From sequence record SRR20825019_590: DNA of 37,745 nt, one strand, 5' to 3'. Positions 28,791-36,009 of the stretch are shown in pieces (the first letter of the stretch is position 1; the number at the start of each line of letters is the position of its first letter). The translations under genes were made by a program, and so were the position numbers. Below the pieces are notes generated by a model that saw only the letters and a program-made list of their open reading frames with translations, had not been told where the DNA came from and ran no database searches.

Positions 28791-29149
28791 GTGCGCTCAA
28801 ACGTCGCAGGATCAAGCAATAGAGCCAAAAAATGCGATTTGACTGTAAAAATTACTAATTTTGTGTTACAAGAAGGGATTGCGCGATCCAATTGCGGCAA
28901 GTGGGCTCGCGCGTGGTGGCTGGAACCGCCCAAATTTGAAGATGCTGAATTGAGGCTTGATTGTGCCGCCCTGAGCGGGGTGGTGCAACGGTTTTTTTGA
29001 CGCAGTTTGACGGAAAAGCTTTTGATAGCGCTTTTCTCAAGGGTTTCCGCAGCCTTGCTGAGCTATTGAGCGCGCGAGGACCGTGCCCGTCGGGACCCGG
29101 ATATTATGGCAGGTGCGCCTGCCTTAGATAAGAAGGACATAGAACCACT

Positions 29150-29650
29150 ATGGCAAAATCCAGTAAACATCCCTTTGCAGTCGGTGATTACATTGTTTAC
29201 CCCAAGCACGGCGTGGGCCGGATCACTGAGCTTGAGGTTCAGGAAATCTCTGGCCTGAAGCTTGAACTTTATGTGATTCGCTTTGAAAAAGAGCGCATGA
29301 CGCTTCGGGTACCAACAGGCAAAGCGGAAGCCAGCGGCATGCGTCGTCTTTCCAATGATGCCACGCTCAAGGAAGCGTTCACCACGCTTAAGGGCAAAGC
29401 GCGCATCAAACGCACGATGTGGAGCCGTCGGGCACAGGAATATGAAGCAAAGATCAACTCTGGTGATCTTGTCTCCATCGCGGAGGTTGTTCGCGACCTT
29501 CACCGTGGCGCTGATCAGCCTGAGCAGTCTTACAGCGAACGCCAGATTTACGAATCTGCGCTTGGCCGTCTGGCTCGTGAACTTGCAGCCGTTGAGGATA
29601 TCGACGAAGCGGCAGCGATGGTTAAGCTTGAGAAAGAGCTGGCCGCTTAA
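29150..29650 (+). CDS. carD: CarD/CdnL RNA polymerase-binding transcription factor
   Basis: F.VGD.IVYPKHGVG, LRVP, MWSRRAQEY..KINSGD, SYSERQIYE. Confidence 0.96.
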   Translation: MAKSSKHPFAVGDYIVYPKHGVGRITELEVQEISGLKLELYVIRFEKERMTLRVPTGKAEASGMRRLSNDATLKEAFTTLKGKARIKRTMWSRRAQEYEAKINSGDLVSIAEVVRDLHRGADQPEQSYSERQIYESALGRLARELAAVEDIDEAAAMVKLEKELAA

Positions 29651-29676
29651 GCCTCTCTTCTCTATCTCAGTTATAG

Positions 29677-29711
29677 AAAAACCCGCCTCAAATGAGAGGC
29701 GGGTTTTTTTT
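29677..29711. terminator. Bidirectional terminator between carD and the M56-ankyrin gene
   Basis: AAAAACCCGCCTC-AAATGA-GAGGCGGGTTTTTTTT. Confidence 0.9.
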
Positions 29712-29750
29712 GTTGGCTACTGGCTCGGCTTGGCCGTTGGGTTGGCCACG

Positions 29751-31943
29751 CTACTCTTCTTCTTCAACGGGCTCTGTAGCACCATGTTTGCGCAGGAGGG
29801 CAGCCATATCATCATGGCCGTACCGCAGCGCTTGGCCGAGGGGTGACCGGTGAATGGCTCTCCCCGCCACGCGGCCATTCCACACGTTGCCGGCTTTTAC
29901 CCGAAGGTTAACATCGGCCCCTTTCCCGATCAGGAACTCAGCCACATCCACATGCCCGGCCCGTGCCGCACCAATGAGTGGTGTTTCGTCCCCAGGCACA
30001 AAGCCGTTCACATCCGCGCCAACGCTAACAAGCTGTTCCACCATGGGGAGATTCCCCACCACAGACGCCATGATAAGCGCATTGCCGTCACCGGGTGCTG
30101 CCTTATTCACGTCTGCACCCGCTTCAAGGAGAACGTCTACCATTTTCTGGTTACCGTCCCGCGCAGCGACGATCAGCGGTGTACCGTCGCCCGGTGCATA
30201 GCCGTCAACATCAGCGCCCAAATTCAAAAGCGACTTGACCATCACGTCGTCACCGCGTTGAGCCGCCACAATAAGCGGCGTGCCGTCGCCGGGTGCAACA
30301 CCGTTTATATCAGCTCCCGCCTCAAGCAGCAGTTCGGTGGTGGCTGTTTCACCCGCCCTTACAGCGACAAGAAGAGGCGTGCCGTCACCAGGGGCCACCT
30401 GATTGATGTCAGCACCAGCTTCCAGAAGGGCCTCTACCATGGCTGTGTTCCCGCGCCGCGCCGCCACGAGAAGCGGGGTTCCATCACCGGGGGAGAAACC
30501 GTTCACGTCCGCCCCGGCTTCTAGCAGGACCTCAACCATGGATCTATCACCACGGCGTGCCGCAACAAGAAGCGGTGTACCGTCACCGGGTGCCGCTTTA
30601 TTTATGTCTGCGCCGGCATCAAGCAGGGTTTTCACCATGCTTTCATCGCCACGTCGCGCGGCTACCAACAAAGGCGTACCACTGCCGGGGGAGAAACCGT
30701 TCACGTCCGCTCCAGCCTCAAGCAGGGTTTTCACCATGTCAAAATCGCCTTTGAGAGCGGCAACCAATAGCGGTGTGCCGTCGCCACGCGCATCATAATC
30801 TACATTCACGCCTGCGCTCAAAAGGGCCTCTGCGTGTCGGGTGCGGCCTTCGAGGATCGCATCCACAAGGGCAGCGCCTTGCGCATCCCTAAGCACATCG
30901 GCTGTTACCACTCGCTCAAGCGGGGCAACGGGCACGTCCTCACCTGTGAACGCACTATTGTCTGCGATATAGATAACCTGACTTGAAAGCGCGGCCCATG
31001 CTGCCACGCCGGAAAGGCTGGTGGCAGTTACGAGTGTCAGCGCACCAAGCGTCTGGCGAACCGGGCTAAGCTCGTGCCGGGCAAGGCGTTTTACCCGGTC
31101 GGTGAGCGGGTGACGGCCACTACCGAACCAGGCGCAGCCAAGCGGTGCCTGGTCGCCCATCAACTGGGATTTGAGCAGTGTTTCCGCATAAGCCCGGCGA
31201 TGCTGGCCAAACTTGCGCATGACCCGTTCGTCGCACGCCAGTTCCTGATCGGTGCGGAACAAGCCGTAAGCCACATAGGCCAGCGGGTTGAACCAGTTCA
31301 GGCACCGTATGGCCACGGCCAGCGCATTCATCTGCATGTCGCCTGCGCGGATGTGGGCTTGTTCGTGCGCCAGTATCAGCCTGCGCTCAAGCGCGCTATA
31401 GGCGGCAGTGAAGTTGTCCGGCACCACAATGCGGGGCGTGACAAAACCAAAAACCGCAGGGCCGACTTTGGCATGTTTGGATACGCGTTTTTTAGGTGTG
31501 CGTACCAGACCGTGCTTCTGCAGGAAACGCTTCTGGCGATAGCCGAGAGCCGCAAGGCTGCCGAGTGTACCTGTCAGCCACAAACCAAAGAGCCACGGGC
31601 CAACATCAGTCGGTGTATTTGTAGCAAGCGGCTGAGCCGCCCGAACAATATGCTGTGCCGGGGCCGGTTGCGCGGTGGGCTGCCCCTTGGGCAGTGCCTG
31701 CAGGGTATCTGAGACGGCAGCTCGTTCCTGCACCGGGTTAGCGGTCTTTGCAGGTGTGGTGAAAATCAGTTCCGCTGGCAGCAGGCTCGCGACTAGCGCG
31801 ATGGGCACGATGAGCCACAGCGCATAAGCCGTGCGGGCACCAAAAGCGGCGCGAGTGTGGCGCCTCAGCAGCAGCACTATCAGGATCCCGGCGCTTGTGC
31901 CGATCAGGGCTTGAATCAGGTGGGTAAAAATATCACTCGTCAT
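29751..31943 (-). CDS. BlaR1/MecR1-type M56 membrane metallopeptidase fused to a C-terminal ankyrin-repeat array
   Basis: LRR...FGAR.AY.LW, GPAVFG...P.IVVP, HEQAH (HExxH), WFNPL, ELACD; four hydrophobic segments, then 11 ankyrin repeats of 33 aa. Confidence 0.93.
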   Translation of the reverse strand: MTSDIFTHLIQALIGTSAGILIVLLLRRHTRAAFGARTAYALWLIVPIALVASLLPAELIFTTPAKTANPVQERAAVSDTLQALPKGQPTAQPAPAQHIVRAAQPLATNTPTDVGPWLFGLWLTGTLGSLAALGYRQKRFLQKHGLVRTPKKRVSKHAKVGPAVFGFVTPRIVVPDNFTAAYSALERRLILAHEQAHIRAGDMQMNALAVAIRCLNWFNPLAYVAYGLFRTDQELACDERVMRKFGQHRRAYAETLLKSQLMGDQAPLGCAWFGSGRHPLTDRVKRLARHELSPVRQTLGALTLVTATSLSGVAAWAALSSQVIYIADNSAFTGEDVPVAPLERVVTADVLRDAQGAALVDAILEGRTRHAEALLSAGVNVDYDARGDGTPLLVAALKGDFDMVKTLLEAGADVNGFSPGSGTPLLVAARRGDESMVKTLLDAGADINKAAPGDGTPLLVAARRGDRSMVEVLLEAGADVNGFSPGDGTPLLVAARRGNTAMVEALLEAGADINQVAPGDGTPLLVAVRAGETATTELLLEAGADINGVAPGDGTPLIVAAQRGDDVMVKSLLNLGADVDGYAPGDGTPLIVAARDGNQKMVDVLLEAGADVNKAAPGDGNALIMASVVGNLPMVEQLVSVGADVNGFVPGDETPLIGAARAGHVDVAEFLIGKGADVNLRVKAGNVWNGRVAGRAIHRSPLGQALRYGHDDMAALLRKHGATEPVEEEE
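29772..30884 (-). repeat. Tandem 99-bp ankyrin repeat array (9 internal repeats plus 2 caps)
   Basis: Consensus GDGTPL(L/I)VAA.RG...MV..LL.AGAD(V/I)N...P; identical DNA blocks at 30487-30512/30685-30710 and 30619-30639/30718-30738. Confidence 0.92.
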
Positions 31944-32316
31944 CGTCCAGCTCCTTGATCAGTTTTTTAAGCTCTGCGATATCGTCGCCGCTCAGCTTTT
32001 CATGCTGGGAGAAGTGGGTCAGGAGCGCTGAAACCCGACCGTCAAAAAGACGGTCAAGCACACCCTGACCCTCATGGGTTATATAGTCGTCGTGGCTCAG
32101 GACCGGGCTGTAGAGATAGCGTCGGCCGTCTTTCTCGGCTGAGATGGCGCCTTTGGACAAAAGGCGGTTCAGCAGCGATTTGACGGTGCCGACGCTCCAG
32201 TTCTGGTCTGCGGCGACGCCATTGGTGACATCTTCCGCTGTTAAGGGATGGGCACGCCATAGCGTTTCCATCACCTTGCTCTCAGCTATGCTGATTTGTT
32301 TTTTTTCCTCGCTCAT
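31933..32316 (-). CDS. BlaI/MecI/CopY-family transcriptional repressor
   Basis: IS.AE.KVME.LW, W...TVKSLL.RLL.KG, GRRYLY.P, LDRLFDG; overlaps the M56 gene start; true ATG at 32316. Confidence 0.95.
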   Translation of the reverse strand: MSEEKKQISIAESKVMETLWRAHPLTAEDVTNGVAADQNWSVGTVKSLLNRLLSKGAISAEKDGRRYLYSPVLSHDDYITHEGQGVLDRLFDGRVSALLTHFSQHEKLSGDDIAELKKLIKELDDDE

Positions 32317-32324
32317 GAGATTAC

Positions 32325-32374
32325 GATTACATATGTAATCAATAAAATCAAGAGTTATGTTTACAGGCGTAATC
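32325..32374. promoter_or_regulatory. Two BlaI/CopY-type operator boxes overlapping the blaI-like promoter
   Basis: Perfect palindrome GATTACATATGTAATC (32325-32340, core TACAnnTGTA) and degenerate GTTTACAGGCGTAATC (32359-32374), flanking a minus-strand TTGATT. Confidence 0.8.
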
Positions 32375-32549
32375 GATATGATTCGGTCGTGTTTTGCCGT
32401 CATGCGTGAATGTGTTTTCCGGTAAAGGCGCGGAATCCCGGCGCTCACGCCGATTTTATAAGCGAGATAAAAAAAGTTGCTGCAAAGCCAAAAAAAACTG
32501 GTCATAATGCATTGCATTAATCAAGGTCATTAAAAATTGGGAGGTGAGA

Positions 32550-33431
32550 GTGAGCCGAGGAAACTGGGCCACTGGGGAAGATCGCCGCTTAATTCGTTTC
32601 GCAATGCGTGCGCCAATGCTGGACAGGGAAGAAGAAGGCGAACTGGCGCTTGCGTGGCAAATGGAACGGGACGAGCGAGCCCTCAAAAAATTGACCGAAG
32701 CGCATTTGCGTCTCGCGATTGCGGCTGCAAGCCGCTACCGGCATTATGGCTTGCCGGTTGCTGATCTCATTCAGGAAGGCACCGTTGGCTTGATGGAGGC
32801 CGGATACCGGTTCGAGCCGGAACGGGACGTGCGTTTCTCAACCTATGCAAGCTGGTGGGTTCGTGCCGCCGTGCAGGACTATGTTCTGAGGAACTGGTCC
32901 ATTGTACGTACAGGCACCACAAGTGCCCACAAGGCTTTGTTCTTTAACCTGAAGCGCCTCAAGGCCCGCATGGGGGTTGACCCCGACCGGCCCCTTTCCA
33001 TGGGTGCGCGCAACCAGATCGCCGATGAAATGGGTGTGCGGCTTCGTGATGTTGAGGCCATGGAAGGCAGGCTTTCAGGTGTAGACCGGTCTTTGAATGC
33101 ACCGGTTGCGGATGAAAGCGCGCAGGAATGGCAGGATCTTCTGGTGAGCGATTCGCCGCGACCTGACGACCTTTACATGGAAAACCATGACAGCAACAAA
33201 AAGGCTGCCTTGATCGAGCGGGCGATGAAGCATCTTACCGAACGGGAAAGCTTTATCATTCGTGAGCGGCAGCTTCGGGAAGACGGTGTGACCCTCGCGG
33301 TTCTCGGTACCCAGTTAGGTATTTCCAAGGAACGTGTGCGTCAGCTGGAAGCGCAGGCGCTTGGCAAACTGCGGCAGGCTTTGATGCAGGATGTGGGTGA
33401 CCCGTTTCTTGCAGGTCTTGCGGGTAGCTAA
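32550..33431 (+). CDS. rpoH2: RNA polymerase sigma-32 family factor (RpoH2-like)
   Basis: DLIQEG.VGLM, RFSTYASWWVRA.VQDYVLRNWSIV, RpoH box variant HKALFFNLKR, GISKERVRQLE; GGAGG RBS before GTG 32550 (alternative start 32544). Confidence 0.85.
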   Translation: MSRGNWATGEDRRLIRFAMRAPMLDREEEGELALAWQMERDERALKKLTEAHLRLAIAAASRYRHYGLPVADLIQEGTVGLMEAGYRFEPERDVRFSTYASWWVRAAVQDYVLRNWSIVRTGTTSAHKALFFNLKRLKARMGVDPDRPLSMGARNQIADEMGVRLRDVEAMEGRLSGVDRSLNAPVADESAQEWQDLLVSDSPRPDDLYMENHDSNKKAALIERAMKHLTERESFIIRERQLREDGVTLAVLGTQLGISKERVRQLEAQALGKLRQALMQDVGDPFLAGLAGS

Positions 33432-33473
33432 CAGGCCTAAATCAAATCAGTATTACCGGAAAGCCAGCTCGTA

Positions 33474-34271
33474 TCAGGGTTGGCTTTCTTGTTTTATGAT
33501 ACGAATTTGCCCGGGACCTTGCAGCAACAGGCGCGGGCCTGATTTGAAGTCTATCCAGCCGCGCACTTCAATGTGCTGGCCTTCAAGGCTGAGCGGATCG
33601 AGCCCTATGCGTTCAAAATACCGCGCGGTTAGGGCCGGGACCTCAACGGTGAAATCCGTGCGCCAGTCATCACCGAAGTTGAGGAAGATGGTATCCCGCA
33701 CTTTCGCGGCATCAACCACCACACCTTCCACGATCTGGAACCAGCCTGCTTTCACGCTGTTGCCTGTGGCGGCCACGGGTTGCAGGTTCTTGAATATCCA
33801 TAGGCCTTTTTTATCCGCGCGTGCTTCAAGCTCGGCTTCATAGAGTGCGTCCAGCCCGCGCCGCCGCGTGGGGCCGGGGAAGACAAAAACATGCCCGTCG
33901 CGAACAAGCGTGTGTTGCAGCCAGCTGCCGTCGGGCATCACCACGTGCGCCACCAATTCGCCCAGCCGGTTGGTTTTCTGGCCTTCACAAAAAAGCGTAA
34001 CCGTGTGGCCACGGAGTGTGTTCATCAGGTGTTTTTTGGCTTCAAGGGCGTGGGGCCAACTAGTGTATTCGCTGGATGGTTCCCAAAATTCCGGCGCTTT
34101 CACAAGTGCGAGTTTGACCGTCAGGCCTTCCGGTGTTTTGAAGCGAGCACCGCCCAGTGTCTCAGCGGCTGTGGTCGTGCCGCAATCGGCGAGGCCTTTG
34201 GTGTCGAATACATAGTCGTTCGCCAAAGCGGCGGGCGCGGTAAGAATAAGGATTGCAAGCGCTTTCAGCAT
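33474..34271 (-). CDS. Exported thermonuclease (SNase)-fold protein with C-terminal OB-like domain
   Basis: Signal peptide; APE, WLQ..LV..G, AE.EAR..KKGLW, FLNFG.DWRTDFT, IEVRGWI; catalytic residues look degenerate. Confidence 0.8.
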   Translation of the reverse strand: MLKALAILILTAPAALANDYVFDTKGLADCGTTTAAETLGGARFKTPEGLTVKLALVKAPEFWEPSSEYTSWPHALEAKKHLMNTLRGHTVTLFCEGQKTNRLGELVAHVVMPDGSWLQHTLVRDGHVFVFPGPTRRRGLDALYEAELEARADKKGLWIFKNLQPVAATGNSVKAGWFQIVEGVVVDAAKVRDTIFLNFGDDWRTDFTVEVPALTARYFERIGLDPLSLEGQHIEVRGWIDFKSGPRLLLQGPGQIRIIKQESQP

Positions 34272-34339
34272 GTTTCATCCTCTTGCTTGAGCACAGACAG
34301 TTGCACCAAACCTATGTTTTGACAAGAAAGAGAATCTCA

Positions 34340-35278
34340 GTGGCGCACGGCACCCATGACTATATCGACGACCCGAGAAACAAGGATATTTTGATCAATG
34401 TGAGTGGGGAACTTTTCCCGCGCGAAGAGGCCAAGGTTTCCGTTTTCGATAGTGGTTATATCCTCGGTGACGGGGTGTGGGAAGGCCTGCGGCTGCACCA
34501 CGGTACGCTTGTGTTTCTTGGCCAACACCTGAAGCGGCTTTATGAAGGTGCCAAGGCGATTGATATGGATATTGGCCTCACCAAAGCAGAGCTCACCAAG
34601 CGGCTGTATGACACGATTGACGCCAACAACATGCATGACGGTGTGCATATCCGTCTGATGGTCACACGCGGTATCAAAGCCACACCGTATCAGGACCCTC
34701 GGGTCACGGTTGGCCCGGCGACGGTTGTGATCATCCCTGAATATAAGGCACCGCTCAAGGACACGCTGAACCGTGGTATCCGATTGTTCACGGCCCACGT
34801 GCGGCGTGGTTTCCCCGATGTGCAGGACCCAAAACTTAACAGCCACTCAAAACTGAACTGCATCACGGCTTGTATTCAGGCCGCCAAAGCCGGTGCCGAC
34901 GAGGCTTTGATGCTCGACCCTCACGGTTTTGTCGCCACCTGCAACAGCACGCACTTTTTCATTGTGCGGGACGGTGAGCTGTGGACCTCAAGCGGGAAAT
35001 ACTGCCTTGGCGGCATCACACGCGGCACGGTCATCACCCTCGCAAAAGAGGCGGGCATCCCGGTGCATGAGAAAGATTTCAGCCTGACAGACGTTTACGG
35101 TGCAGACGAAGCTTTTGTTACCGGGACCTTTGCCGGCCTTGTGCCTGTGGGGGAAGTGGACGGCCGCACCATTGGTGACGGGAAAGCACCACCAATGCCG
35201 GGTGACATGGTGGCAAAACTGCGCAAGCTGTATATCAAGCGCATTGAAGATGAGGCAGGCAAAGGGCGCAACGCATGA
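34340..35278 (+). CDS. PLP-dependent aminotransferase class IV (branched-chain/D-amino-acid aminotransferase-like)
   Basis: VSVFDSGYILGDGVWEGLR, HLKRL, HSKLN (PLP lysine), DEALMLD, GITR, ADEAFVTGT; GTG start at 34340. Confidence 0.92.
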   Translation: MAHGTHDYIDDPRNKDILINVSGELFPREEAKVSVFDSGYILGDGVWEGLRLHHGTLVFLGQHLKRLYEGAKAIDMDIGLTKAELTKRLYDTIDANNMHDGVHIRLMVTRGIKATPYQDPRVTVGPATVVIIPEYKAPLKDTLNRGIRLFTAHVRRGFPDVQDPKLNSHSKLNCITACIQAAKAGADEALMLDPHGFVATCNSTHFFIVRDGELWTSSGKYCLGGITRGTVITLAKEAGIPVHEKDFSLTDVYGADEAFVTGTFAGLVPVGEVDGRTIGDGKAPPMPGDMVAKLRKLYIKRIEDEAGKGRNA

Positions 35279-36009
35279 GTGATACTGTGCGTATCGCCAT
35301 GTGGTCCGGGCCCAGGAATGTCTCCACGGCCCTGATGCGATCCTTTGAAAACCGGCCTGATACCATGGTGGTGGATGAGCCGTTTTATGCCTGTTTTCTT
35401 GAGGAGACAGGGATAGATCATCCCGGTCGTGATCTGATTCTCAAGGCGCAGAGTACGGATTGGCAGCAGGTGGCAGATGAGCTGAACGGCCCGGTGCCTG
35501 CTGGCTACACAGTCTTTTACCAAAAACATATGTGCCACCATATGGTGGGAAGCCTTGATTGGAGCTGGGCGCGGTCCATGCGGCACGCGTTCCTGATCCG
35601 CAACCCCCGCGCTATGCTTGCAAGCTATGTAAAAAGCCGGGCTGAGGTCACACTTGATGATATTGGCCTTGTGAAGCAGGTGGAGATTTTTGAGCGCGAG
35701 GCAGACAGGCTCGGCCATGCGCCACCGGTGATAGACGGTAGCGATATCCTTCGTGACCCTGAACGCTATCTGGGCCAGTTATGCGAAGCACTGGGCATAG
35801 GGTTTGACAAGGCAATGCTCAAGTGGCCTGCGGGGCCACGCGATACAGATGGTGTGTGGGCACCGTGGTGGTACGAAAATGTGCAGAAATCCACAGGGTT
35901 CATGGCGCGTGAGAGCGGTGACACACCTGAACTGGCCCCGGCTCTCGAGCGTATTCTGGAACAAGCCATGCCGCTTTATGAGCAGATGGCAGCTTTCAAG
36001 ATTGCTTAG
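35275..36009 (+). CDS. Sulfotransferase-like P-loop-fold protein (BCAT-like-associated family)
   Basis: IAMWSGPRNVSTALMRSF..R.D..V.DEPFY, YQKHM.HH, FLIRNP, DGVWAPWWY..V..STGF; ATGA overlap with the aminotransferase. Confidence 0.85.
   Translation: MSDTVRIAMWSGPRNVSTALMRSFENRPDTMVVDEPFYACFLEETGIDHPGRDLILKAQSTDWQQVADELNGPVPAGYTVFYQKHMCHHMVGSLDWSWARSMRHAFLIRNPRAMLASYVKSRAEVTLDDIGLVKQVEIFEREADRLGHAPPVIDGSDILRDPERYLGQLCEALGIGFDKAMLKWPAGPRDTDGVWAPWWYENVQKSTGFMARESGDTPELAPALERILEQAMPLYEQMAAFKIA

Noticed and set aside
29850-30798. Periodic DNA and repetitive + strand ORFs that might suggest a CRISPR array or second repeat protein
   Set aside because: The 99-bp period is fully explained by ankyrin coding on the minus strand; there is no repeat-spacer structure and no cas gene.
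32317-32517. 67-aa N-terminal extension of the BlaI-like ORF (similarly the extensions on rpmB, acnB and the aminotransferase)
   Set aside because: Family homology starts at the internal start codon; the extension runs through operator/promoter DNA.
32517-32533. TTAA...TTAA upstream of rpoH2 as a CtrA box
   Set aside because: Spacer is 9 nt rather than the 7 nt of the TTAA-N7-TTAA consensus.
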